Assembly (NCBI GenBank): GCA_001938485.1
Contig: MQRK01180641.1
Location: 9,387 to 65,063 of the forward strand
From: Girardia tigrina
Lineage: Eukaryota
DNA length: 55,677 nt
Direction: 5' to 3'
Shown: positions 11,801-24,348 of the stretch, piece by piece
How positions within the stretch are numbered: position 1 is the first letter of the stretch
Layout of the letters: the number at the start of each line of letters is the position of its first letter
The notes under the pieces: generated by a model
The model's input: only the letters and a program-made list of their open reading frames with translations
Database searches by the model: none
What the model was told of the DNA's origin: nothing
Translations under genes and position numbers: made by a program

Positions 11801-11885
11801 TAATTTTAAATAATCAAAATTCGAATGTTCTGAAAACAAATTCTCACAACTTCCCTCGAGCATTGCACTTTTACATTCCTTTTTT

Positions 11886-12161
11886 TGTTCTATAACATAA
11901 CTTTTCACATTGAAACTCAGCTAGTCGCAGAACTCATCAACATCCTCCCATCTCATGTCGGCAAGAAATAGACAATATTTACTCCAGATCTTTCCTTTTA
12001 AAGCCACATTATTAATTAAACAGTAACAAACACAAAAGATTGTCTCAGCTAACATACGGTAAAGATAACCGGCCAGAGCGATATCAAGTAGAGCTAGATC
12101 AATTAATAAGTTCACCGTTTTGAACACAGCTCTCTAATTATCAACTTTACCCACTAGAACA
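11886..12161 (-). mobile_element. Putative 5' LTR of the BEL element
   Basis: 276 bp bounded by 7-bp inverted termini TGTTCTA...TAGAACA, directly upstream of gag. Confidence 0.5.
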
Positions 12162-12168
12162 TACAATA

Positions 12169-12771
12169 TCAAAAACATTCTAGGGCATAAATATACATCT
12201 CTAAGTCCAAAATTTTTAAATTTTCAATTTTAAATAGTTTCGATTTCGTAATTTGCAACTGTGCCGTTTGAATCATTATCTCTATAGAAGGAATCATAAT
12301 TACTTCCATTTTAAAAACAATTAGTGATGAAACGAGAGCCAATATTAAAATAGATACTCCGTCGAGCATGCTCTTTTTAATCATATATTGATTGAATAGA
12401 TAAATTATCAATTTAAATGTACTGTGAATTGACTTGAAATTCAATTGCAATTTAAATAACCACATTACAACTGCCAAACGAGCTTTTTGTGTTCTCGGAT
12501 AAATACTCTTTAAACTAAAACCAGTGAAACTTAGAGAAAACTCGACGTCTTGAATCGCATCGATGATTTGACAAACACACTTTAATTTATTATTAACGAA
12601 TTCACATCGACCAAGAATTAAATCGATGATCGATTTAAATTTTAGCTAAATTCTATTAAGATGAATTCGTTTATAATTAATAAACGTTTCATTTAAGAAG
12701 TGAATTATTACCTTTAATTCGAAAATATAAACTGCACTCTGATACCAAAATGGCATTCCAAATGGATTCAT
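12169..12771 (-). CDS. Divergent cyclin-box protein (2-exon model 12712-12771 + 12169-12645), probably truncated or a pseudogene
   Basis: RLAVVMWLFKLQLNFK...TFKLIIYLFNQYM...LALVSSLIVFKMEVIMIPSIE...ILDLEMYI follows the cyclin N-domain pattern. A GT-AG 66-bp intron (12646-12711) joins an ATG exon in phase 0. The frame ends 7 bp from the putative BEL LTR. Confidence 0.6.
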
Positions 12772-14809
12772 TAAATTAAAATTTCAAATTTTCGCAATTA
12801 TTTCCGATAATTTTTATTTATTCTCTTCAAAAATACAAAACTAATTTGCCGACTAATATTTATTCAAATTCCAATAACTAAATATCAACGCTATCAAATT
12901 TACAATTCACGATTATGATTCAATTGATTGATTTAAACAAAATCAACCTTTTAAAAATTTATAACAATAAATTACTATGTCACAATTACTAAATCAAATT
13001 AATTTTTCTCAAATATAGATGTTTTTTCTTTTTAACAATTTTTTCACAATTCGGTTTATCGATTTGATGCGAACATTATGCATTACCTAAAAGCTTACGT
13101 TCCAGGTATTTAAAACTTGTTTCTTCATTATTTCCGTTTTTTCACATGATAATTATAATTTATCGTGGTCTCCCGCTCTTTTTCCTACTGTGTACATTTA
13201 TTCTGACCCATCTACATTTATTAATACACTTGTAAGTTTTATATCAAAAGGGGGCACTTGACTTCAGATTTGCTTAGTTGATATATTATTTCATTACGTT
13301 CGATTTCCTTGGAGAGCAAAAATTAATTATTTTAATTCTTTCAACGTTCGATTTCAATTTTAAATTGAATAAACAGGAAATATATTTGACAAAATAGTAA
13401 AACGAAAAAAACAAATGCGAAATTTTGACCTAAGCAGACATAATTATTTCGCATAACAAATCAGGTTTATATATTATTAATTAATCTAACAGTCTACGAT
13501 CTTTTGACATCACCATGCCAAGCAGTTTTTCATTAATTTATATTTTTAATGATTATTCAACTGAGTCTATATTGATCCAGTAGAATGAAATTTTGAGTTT
13601 TCTATCGAACATTTTGATGAATCTTTCAATTTAAAATAGTTTTTTTTCTTTTTTACGTAATCCATTTGTATTTAGAGAAAGTTCAGATAAATTTGAAACA
13701 TCAAACATTCATTCAATTGCACACTGAAATATATTCGTGTAAAACGATAATTATTCACTAAAGCTTAGACGTAAAAATTAGAAGTTAATTTAGAAGTAAA
13801 TTGAAACAAATTTACAAGTTAGCGATTAAGAATTACTGAAAATAATTAAAAACATGGTACCGACTAAAAAATAATATTTTTAGAATATAATCTTTATTAA
13901 AAATACATGTAGAAGTTTTTCATTCGAGTAAAAGAATTAAAATTTATTAAATTAATTAATAAATTACATTTAATTTTAAATAAAAAAATGTTTAGTAATA
14001 ATTTTATGAATAATAATATAATAATGATATTTATGTAAAAAAATGTTTTAAAATTATGAATGTCATTTTTAAAATTTCTCTTCTCAAAAATTTCACATTG
14101 TAAACAAATATTTTATTAAATACGAAAAGCATGTTATTTTGTTTTATTAAGTTTTTGATTATTTATTTTTATATTTAGATTTGTTTGGAATAGAATTACC
14201 TTTAGAAAGACGACAGTATCGTTTTACTTAATTATTTTGTTACGTATTTTTATTATATAAATGCTTCGTGCATTTTTTTACACCAAAATATCCTATTATA
14301 CTAAATATAAAAAAGAATATTTACAATAAAAAATTTCAAGCATTTTTAATGTAAATATTAATGAGTAATTATTTTTCTTAAAAATATAAATGTAATTTAT
14401 TTTATTTTTATTATTACTACTTTTGTTTCTACTTTCCTCTTTGTTTAAAATGGATAAATTATTGATAATTCAAATCTCGCTTCTATAAATATGTAATTTT
14501 TAATTATATTTATCAAAATTTTAATTAACAACATATATTTTACTATATATTTTCATGAATTTTCTAACATCTTCAGGCTTTATTAACTCCAATTGTGTTT
14601 TATATTGCAAAGGCAATTATATAATTATCTGATGCAATATGCAACAAAATACTGTTTCAAAAGAAGAGAAACTTGTTTGCACAATAAATGATGGATTAAG
14701 TGATTTAATCATTCCAAGTAATTGCTGTAGTTACAGTATTTTAAATATGTTTTTTTCATTTCCTATCTAAAAATTCTATTTACTTAATAATATTGCTACC
14801 TTTATTACA

Positions 14810-15050
14810 TCGTTTTATTTTCTTAATCCATCTCCTTTTTTTCTGGATTGTTTTACATTCCTTTCTATTTGTCTTATCATATCCTACAGCTTATATCCTC
14901 TGTCATATATTTTCTGTGATCGTATATGATCCCTCATAACTGTCATCCCATTTGTTTATTGCCCCTTTTTTCCACACTCGATCTCACCCTCTGCAATTTC
15001 GTCGTGTTTGTTCCTCTGTGGCTTTGATGCTTTTAATCTCATTTTTTAAT
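14810..15050 (-). mobile_element. Gypsy integrase C-terminal remnant
   Basis: DRVWKKGAINKWDDSYEGSYTI resembles the GPY/F module. Confidence 0.5.
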
Positions 15051-15949
15051 TTCATTGTTATACTACTAATGAACCACAATCACAGTTTTCGGTTGCGAAA
15101 ATTAGGAGAGTTATTTGTAAGATTGTGAACAATTCTCAGGTTTTTGAGTGATGGATTGTCCACAAAATTTAAACAGAATCTTTCTCTTCTTATTAGTACT
15201 TTTGATTCGAGAATAAGTGTAACGACTGTAATCCAGGACGTTTCTTTTTCCGCAGATGGTAACTGGGAAGTAAATGTTTTGTAATTTTATTCCATAAATT
15301 AAACAATCAATTCCGGTGATTTTAAGGGAGAAATTGTATTAAATAGCGCATTGATTTTTATTATTATTATAATATACAATACTTTTTATTATTATAATAC
15401 TTGACGAACAGATTGATAAAATAGAAGCATCTTCATCTATCTTATTTTGAAAGCAGGATTTCGATGTTTAACAATACATTCCAGCAAACTATTTACAATT
15501 ATTTACAATCTTCTTTTTCATCAAGATAATTCTTTGAAACACTTTTAGACTTTCAGCAGCATTTGAACAGCATATTCCTATTCGAAATCAGCAAAGATAA
15601 ACGTAAGATTTTCCCTTGCTTTTCAACAAGGAACTATTTATTCGACACTTTCGTCAGAGACAATTTTCTTTTCTTTCTAATAATTCTTGAACAGGAAAAA
15701 TATTAGTAAAAGGTACATTTTTAGGTAAAGAATCCCGTTCATTTTCGCAAAATAAATAAATAAGCAAACAAACATTCGAAGGCACAATCAACAATGAAAA
15801 CGCACACATCAAACGTGAAAGGTTACAAAAGCACTCGAAAACAAACACAAAAGTCAAAGATTACACTCACAAAAAATAATAATAATGCAGTGTCAGTAAG
15901 TAGGACACTACACCATGGTCAATCATGGTCATGATAAAGTTGTTTTTCT

Positions 15950-16240
15950 TATTGTTTTTCTCCATGGACCAAACATATCAATGTAAACTTTCTCAAACGG
16001 TTCATTAGATGCTATTTTGAGTATCTTTTCTTTTGTTTCCGAAGTATCTGTTTCGATTTATTGACTATCTTAATACGCTTCTATGCTTTTTTCACTGTTT
16101 TGCGTTCTTCTACCATATACAATTTGTCTTTCAAAAAGTAGAAGACATTTTCAACTCCTACATGATACATTTATTTGTGCTACTATTTCATTCAATATTA
16201 TTTTTTCTTTTTTGGAATGCATTTGCGCTTAACTAAATTG
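15950..16240 (-). mobile_element. Gypsy integrase N-terminal remnant
   Basis: HVGVENVFYFLKDK...ETKEKILKIASNEPFEKVYIDMFGP; similar to 31100-31300. Confidence 0.65.
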
Positions 16241-17038
16241 GCTTGTCTTCTTGTAGTCACAACTAAATATACTGGTCTATATTTATCTGACTTCGAAACT
16301 AATCTGACTAACGAAAACTAATGAAGTAGAGTTGGCACACAAATTAAAAAAGGAAATTTATTATCGTTATTAGATCAATCCAGTGATTTTAGTTAATTGA
16401 TGCTGTAGAAGAATTGATAAACATTTCTAGTTGTGATTTACAATAAAAATTAGTTTTATCGAAATATCTCTATTCCATTAACCAGTACTATTCAATATAA
16501 TCAACACGTATCCAGATTTTTGTCCAACAATTATTCCATCAAAAAAGAAAAAAACCTATTGCCAGTCTATTATTTCCGACCAAAATATTGATACAAGTTA
16601 GAAACTATTGTTGAATATACCGTTGAATTTATATATTAAAGAAGAAATAAATTCGATATAAGAAATAAACATTCGATTACGTACCTCTGCGCAAATTCGA
16701 ATCGAATTGTTTTGATATCATGAAGGCATATATGGGATTGACGATAATTAACTACATTGTTTGATATAATATATTTTCTTGTTAATATATTTTATTATAT
16801 ATTAAATAACATTACTATTTTATTTTTAATTCTGTTTATATTTCTTGATTTCACCAAAGGTTCAATTACAGTTAGAAATAATTATTCGATATTTATTCTT
16901 CGGCCATAGAATAATTATTTTTAACAAAAGGTAAAGATTAATTTTATTACTTTTGCTTTGAATAAAATAAGGATCGCTTTATTTATCCTTCACATGTATG
17001 TTGTAATAATTAACATAATTCTTTTAACCTAAACCTAG

Positions 17039-17077
<39 letters not shown>

Positions 17078-17699
17078 CTCCAAAATTATCAATTTAATTA
17101 GCATCTGCATTACTTCCTTCATTCAATGTTTCATTATTTCATATCAAACCTTGTTTCCGGTGATTTTAAGGGAGAAATTGTATTAAATATTAATTAATAA
17201 TATTTAACAATATTTAAGGCTTTAACATAATTTATAATTTCTAAAATAATATTTAGCGAACAATAATGTTAACAAGAAGAATAAAAATAATATATTTCAT
17301 CATGAATTAAAAGAAAATAGGTTCGAAAAAAATCTGACTTTATACAATCATTTGTATTCTCATACGCACCATAACTCTTTCTCTATTATTATTTTATTAA
17401 TTATTTTATATATTTTAAAATTCATAACGATTTAATTAACAGTAAAATAAATAATTTTAAATAATATATTCTTCTTTTTCAAATGATTAATGATAAAAAA
17501 CGAGGATTGATTATAGGATTAGTTCGTACGCAGTTTTTGCTTTCAATCTGTGACCTAATGGACTAGTTTTAAAAAGTAATGATAAACTACCGAGGTTTTT
17601 AATTCCAAATATTCTTTATTTATCTTTTTATTGATGATTTTAAATTGATATATATATGTATATATATATATATAGTGTACTGAATTATATTTATTTGTA

Positions 17700-18189
17700 C
17701 AGGGTGCGGCAGCTATTTGAGAACACGTAATATAGACACCATATCTTTTTGTGTGTTATAATTACATAATTTTATTTTTGCTGGTAGACATGGCAGAAGC
17801 TACTCTTACGANNNNNNNNNNNNNNNNNNNNNNNNNNNNNNNNNNNNNNNNNNNNNNNNNNNNNNNNNNNNNNNNNNNNNNNNNNNNNNNNNNNNNNNNN
17901 NNNNNNNNNNNNNNNNNNNNNNNNNNNNNNNNNNNNNNNNNNNNNNNNNNNNNNNNNNNNNNNNNNNNNNNNNNNNNNNNNNNNNNNNNNNNNNNNNNNN
18001 NNNNNNNNNNNNNNNNNNNNNNNNNNNNNNNNNNNNNNNNNNNNNNNNNNNNNNNNNNNNNNNNNNNNNNNNNNNNATGTACGTGTTAATATATGTAAAA
18101 TTTTAAATTGTAATAAATGTTATTTTTCTGTTGTATATTCATTTTTTGAACTTTATGTCATTTTGTTCTCAAATAGCTGCCGCACCCTG
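17700..18189 (+). mobile_element. Young Tc1/mariner-superfamily element (interior in assembly gap)
   Basis: Perfect 26-bp TIR CAGGGTGCGGCAGCTATTTGAGAACA, TA TSD on both sides. Confidence 0.9.
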
Positions 18190-19566
18190 TATGGGGCTGG
18201 CCTCCGGATCAGGCTCTGAAGGCCTGCACCCGTTTCTCGTGTGGGAAGTATCGACCAGTTCAATATCTACTGCCCTCGATCGGATCTGATTGGCACTGGT
18301 TGGCGCCCCGACGGACAGTTGTCATCGGTTCAACCGACTGCGGATTCCAGTACCGCATCTCCAGTCCCATAATAACCAGTATCGATCGAAGCTGTGCATG
18401 ATCCCCTCAAAAAGCCGTGACCCGGATACTGCATTGATGCGGTTGAGGAGCTCCGCCAAGATGTGTGAGGCGGCGAGGTGCGTGGTTCGATCGGTCGAGT
18501 CCGAGCGGTGCGGATCGCTTTCATTTTGTTATTGATTCGAATATTTTTGTAAACAACAAATAACAATTGAATCGTCACACATTTTTATTTTTAGTAAATT
18601 ACAAATTTAAATTTTTACACATCTTTTTCATAGATACTGTAAAAGTCTGAATAGAAAGTATGCCACGACGCATATAAGCCGTAATATTGCGAATTCTCCG
18701 TATGCGGATGTCACTGGAATGACGGAATAGTTGAAAGACATCAGACCAAGAAGCAAGCCATCTGAGATTGCAGACAAAATAATGTGTGAGCCTTTATTGC
18801 GTCTTTCCCAATCCCGTCCAACAATTCGCCTCCTGATATCAACGCACCGCGACCACGAAACCACTGCGCTCGCTCTGTCCCCAACAGACGTTATTACAAA
18901 ATATTATTTCTTTTAATAAAATTTTATCAATCGTCTTCATATTACTTTTCATACATTATTTTAATATATTTATTTATATTCGATTTTCGTATATTATAAT
19001 TTGAAAATTAGAAATCGATATCCATATGGGATAATCACAATTATTATAATTTAAAAGTTATAATTACTTACTACTTATAATTACTTCCTAGCTAAACTAA
19101 TATACAATCTCAATCATTTCTAATTTATTACTGTTGGCCTCCCCTAAAGCCGGACAGTGTCAACTCAAATAAAATCTTTTCGAGACACAATTGTTATTCG
19201 AAAAACATTTACTGTAAAGTAATCCTTTTTGTACTCATGTCCTGAACCACTATACGTGTTTTAAGCTAGGTGTGTCTTGTCCATAGTAAAAAGCCTTGTT
19301 ATTAAGTTTGTCTTTTCGTAATAATCATAATTATATATTTTAACTTAAAAATGGTCATTTTTTATCTGTAACATGAATGGCAACACATTACGGATCAAAA
19401 AAAATTTTCATAGACAGTTCCAAGTTACGTAGGGAAGCTTAGCTTATTCACAAAAAATAAAAACAATATATCTTAGCTTACATTGAAATATAATAATATA
19501 TATTGAAATACTTTTCAATAAATGTAACCTTTCTAATGGTTTCATTAATAAACTTTATATAGTTAA

Positions 19567-19800
19567 CCCTATAATGCGCCGTGATTCATATTTGAATCAA
19601 CCATATTTTACTTCAATATCTTTTAATCACGTGATATTCTTTGAGTGTTTACATACTGTGAACGAAAAACATTGTCTATGGAATGATAACTGCCCATAAA
19701 GTCATAGATGCAATATATTTTGTCAACAAAAATGACAGTTCAGTTTGTAATACTGGCCGCGTGTGTTGCATATATTTAAAAAAAATTGCGCATTGTAGGG
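19567..19800. mobile_element. piggyBac-type MITE, 234 bp
   Basis: TTAA|CCCTATAATGCGC ... GCGCATTGTAGGG|TTAA. Confidence 0.9.
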
Positions 19801-21451
19801 TTAAAATAACAGTCTTCGAATTTTTAAAGAAGTTTTATTTATTTATGATCGACAAGGAAAATGATTAATTGCTACAGATTAAAATATAACCATTAAAGAA
19901 TAGTATTATACTTTATTAATTTAAGTTTTGCTAATTTTCTTTAACCTTAAATTTTATTTTTTTGAAAAAAATGAATAAATATTTTTTGATATTATAAAAG
20001 GTATTTTCTTTTATGAAAACTTTAAGTACGGATATTAAATCTTTCGAAATAACAATCTTCATTTTTCCTTAATTTCTGGATAATTAAACATAAAACTACA
20101 ATTACCGATTGTATTTGGGGGGACCAAATGGTCGACATTAGCCATTAGTTAATATCGTCATAATAATAAAAAGCGTCGAGCTCGGACTAGAGTCGTCCAT
20201 TGAGCTCAGGATCCATTAACCGCATCAGGTAAAACCTCAATAGCGAGCCAAATTGTCCCACGACAAAATTGTCCCAAAACCTTTATATGATCTCTCAAAA
20301 AGGGTTACCTGCATGAAAGCCTCAATAAAAAAGGTTGTCAAAGACACAAATCCCTTGTGTTGGTGGGAGGGTCACAGGACCCTAGAAACATATCCATGGG
20401 TTTTGGAAGGTGTAATGGTCAGGTTGTACACAACACCTGAAGACAAACCTGAAAAGAAAACCAGTTCTTACAGGTTAGCTTTATAAGAAAACCAAAAGCG
20501 TGGATTTTTAATAATTTTCAAATCTTTTATATTTACCTATCTTATTTTGATTTTTCATGATGCAAAGAGATCATGAATCCAAATATTCGACTTTTAATTT
20601 ATATTTATATTTTTTTAAATATATATTTTTTTCATATTTGACTTTAATTTCTTGTTAAAGCTTAATTTCATTCTTTTAAAGAAACTTCTAAATTACAAAA
20701 TATTCCATTAACAGTTTTTCCTTCTCAAATAAGTGTTTGATATTTTATTTGTTTATTTAATAAATAATTTTTTTCTTAAACAATAAAAAGAAGATTAATA
20801 ATTTCAGCAATTTGATTATTTTAAGTTGTGTCTAACTATCTTTTATTTCTGTTTTGAAATTTTCAACTAAAATCTTTTGGTATTCTCGAAGCGAGATAAA
20901 ATATAATTGAAACATCATAATGGATTTAAAATTTTCGTAAAGGTATACAATGTATTTCTTGGATGAGAGATATGGATATATAAATATAAATAAAACATAG
21001 TTCTGTTAAAAATTAAAAATTATGCATTATATCCATTTATTCCATAATCTTGTATAAATGTATGGAATAAAAGTAAAGACGGATACAAATTTTGGTTAGG
21101 ATATTTTTTAAAATATTTTGCAAAGATACAATTTTCCTGAGTGAGGCAATGCTTTTTGCAATTCTGGTATATATGTATGTACGCACTTAATAATTTAATA
21201 TGAAAAAATGTTTTAAAAATTCATAAATTTGCAATTCAGCTTGTCATCAAGAAAGAAAAAGAACAATGAATAAAACGTTTATATATTAAATTGATATTTT
21301 TTCATTTTTAATTGAGAAATTTTCATATTCAAGTAGCTTTGAATTTAAAGTTACAAACTTTTTATAAAGAAAATCTAAAATCCAAAAATATATTGATCAA
21401 ATTATCATATTAAAAATATTAAAAAAATAATCAAAAACAAAAGAAACTCAC

Positions 21452-22562
21452 TTGTTTTTTACAAAATTAATCGATTGCATTGACAAAAGCATTTCAGACA
21501 CATTGATAGTTTCTAGAAATCGTATTTTTTCTACAGAAATATTGACATTCTTTTGCCATAGTAAATCGTTGAAACTTTTCCGATAAAGATTCCTAGACTG
21601 GTTGGCAATTTCAAAAGGTTTATTAAACCAAATCGAATCAATAATTTGATCAAATTTCACAGAATAAATGTTCTTATAAACATCACTCTTGACCATTATG
21701 TTGTCAAGAAGCAACTGCTTTTGTTTACTTGAGACTGACTTCAAATGTCTATGGAAAATCGATAAAACATTTATTGTTTCATTTTGTATGGACTGACGGC
21801 TCCTGTAAAATATTTCATTGTTTTCTGAACGTTTTTTATGAAATTTTTCCAAATAATTATTCAAATTAATTTTCAAAATATTCGAACAATTTACCAAAGA
21901 TGATTGATTAAATGATTGAAAATTTCCGTTGGGATAAAAAGAAAAATTGGTGTGATCAATTGATTTCAATTGATGTTGATGTTTCAATGTGAGCACCAAA
22001 GATAAAACTGTCGTAAAAGTAAATAGAAATGAGTAAATAATTCGAAGAATAATATAAATAATAATTATGGATTTCTTTTTCAATGTTATTTTCGAGTTCG
22101 GAGAAGTGTTTTTCGTGAAAAAAGAAAATTTCGATTTTTGAATAAAATGAAATGAACGAGCGATGATTAATAATGAAATGAAAAGTATAAAAATTATCAA
22201 TGATAAACATCCCATGAACTTTATATTTTTTGAAATATCAATAGTTTTCATATTCCATAATGGATTCTGGATAACAACAGTAGAATTGGACATAGACATC
22301 GATTTTTCGGCCTTGTTTCCCGTAAAATCTATGTAAATATAACGGATAAGAGTTTGATAACAGTCAGACAAATAGAGAACGAAAAATAATGGAATATTAT
22401 TTGGTTTTGATGGAAAAATTGTCACTTTAAACTCCAACCAAAATTGATTTTCCTTTTGCAATTTGAAAGACAATCTATAAATCACAATATCCAATTGTTG
22501 CAACAGAGTTTGGTTTTTCGATAATGTAAGGTTCAAATACGACAGGAAACCGGACACATAAC
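21452..22562 (-). CDS. Large internal exon (1111 bp) of an uncharacterised membrane protein with two predicted TM helices
   Basis: 369-codon open frame in very AT-rich DNA; acceptor TATCAG|G at 22563 and donor AA|GTGAGT at 21451; hydrophobic segments FMGCLSLIIFILFISLLII and IIIIYIILRIIYSFLFTFTTVLSLVL. Confidence 0.75.
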
Positions 22563-23062
22563 CTGATAATTAACCTTTATTCATCTATGTAAGATTAATT
22601 AAAAAAATATTTTTTTTAAAATTTTAATTATTTATATTTTCAACTGTATTAATTTTATTTAATGAAATTGAAAAAAAATAAAAATGATTTTTAATTTTCA
22701 CTCATAAATTTGATGTCATAATTAATTAATCTAATCAATAAATTAATCAATATTAATTAATCTAAGTAAATCTATAATTTTTCTTCTTTTTTTGAAATAA
22801 ACATTATAAACATTATCAATAAAAAAGTTAATTCATGTTGTCAAAATATAATTTTAATCTACTTTAATAAATTTAAATATGTTTTTCAAGAACATATTTA
22901 AATTATTTAAATTATTATTTAAATTAAAATATTATTTTTTTGTTTTTTGATTGTTATTTTCTTTATATTCTTTAAGGATTTTTAATCACTTTAAGTAACA
23001 TATAAAGTTACCAAATAGAACTTATTTTTGAATTAATTTTTTAATGTATAATATATTAACTA

Positions 23063-23300
23063 CTAGAAAAAGACCCGGCATAAATGATGGGTGAGCTGAA
23101 TTTTTGACTTCGAAAGTTTCTGTTTTAATTTTTAAATCGTAATTATTATAATTCGAATTCTGTGTTGATTTAACAGTCAGTCAGATAAATCGGCCTTCGG
23201 AGCCTTTCGGCAAAGGCAATGTATAGACAGAACCGTCTCGATGCGGACTATTCAGAGTTATCTCAACTTTACGCGGATTCACTCACTGTTCTTCCACTTT
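23063..23300 (-). mobile_element. Non-autonomous Helitron 3' end
   Basis: Minus strand ends CCCATCATTTATGCCGGG-TCTTTTT-CTAG|T (hairpin plus CTRR); the 5' boundary is uncertain. Confidence 0.6.
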
Positions 23301-23309
23301 TTGCATTTT

Positions 23310-23490
23310 GGGGCTTTCCATAAATGACGTCACGCATTTTTAGCAGATTTTCAATCCCCCCATCTCCCTTGTCACATTTTGTCACAGAATTCTTTCACTA
23401 AATACTTCAGCATTTCGATTTGATGTCACATTTCCCAAATCCCCCTCCTCCGCAAGTCTCACTTTATCTCAAAATTCTGCCCACCCCCTC
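23310..23490 (+). mobile_element. Truncated PIF/Harbinger-like MITE
   Basis: GGGGCTTTCCATAAATGACGTCACGC start with GTCACA repeats and C-runs; no second TIR found. Confidence 0.4.
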
Positions 23491-23699
23491 TGCATATATA
23501 TGATCATAGTAACACTTGAACTTGACCGATATATCGTGAATCAGATGATAACGAAATTTTGAAAATTTAACCTAAATTGACTTTTAGAAATATAATTAGC
23601 AAATAAGTTATGTAAATCGTCAGATATCAAATAAAAATTTTAAGAATTTGCTTTTGATATCTATACCCTATACACAAGGCAACATTGACCATTTCTTAA

Positions 23700-24211
23700 A
23701 CGAATAATGCTTTTCAAAAGATGAAACAGAAGCTTTAGAAATTGTTGAAGGAACCATGAATTCAGAAAAGTACATAAATATCATTCAAAATAACATATTA
23801 CCCATAATGAATGAATGTCATTCATCTAGGATTGATATTTATCAGCAGGATAATGCTCTTGTCCAAGTCGGTAACTTCGTTTTTAGAAAGTCAGAACATT
23901 ACTGTCTTAAAACGGCTACCTTATAGTCAAGATCTCTCTCAAATAAAGAATTTATTGGATTTTGTCAAAAGAAAAGTTAACTTAAATGTAAATACCAAAG
24001 AAGTTTTAAATACAATAAAAGTTATATGGAGCAATGATCCAGATATTAGGGCTGCTTGTCGTGATCTCATCGAGGTTATACCTCAAAAAATTAAAGCTTG
24101 TATTGATGCCAAAGCAGGACCCATAAAATATTAAATCCCGTCATTCGACCTGTCTTTTTCTAATAAAATCTTATTAGTGTTTACATGGTCTTTGTTTCTT
24201 AAACAATAATG
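23700..24211 (+). mobile_element. Tc1 transposase 3' fragment
   Basis: RIVEGTMNSEKYINII...YQQDNA...LPYSQDLSQIKNL...IKACIDAKAGPIKY. Confidence 0.85.
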
Positions 24212-24348
24212 TAATTATTGTTATGAATAACGAAAATACTGTTCTTAAAATTTATTTAATCCAAAATTAGATTCTCGCCAATAATTTTTTTATTATTTAA
24301 ACAACCTTAAAATATGTCATATTAAATGACATTTTAATTTATCTAAAT

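Noticed and set aside
20253-20500. ORF 20253-20486 and an FN3-like phrase on the minus strand
   Set aside because: Too short and interrupted by stops to support a call.
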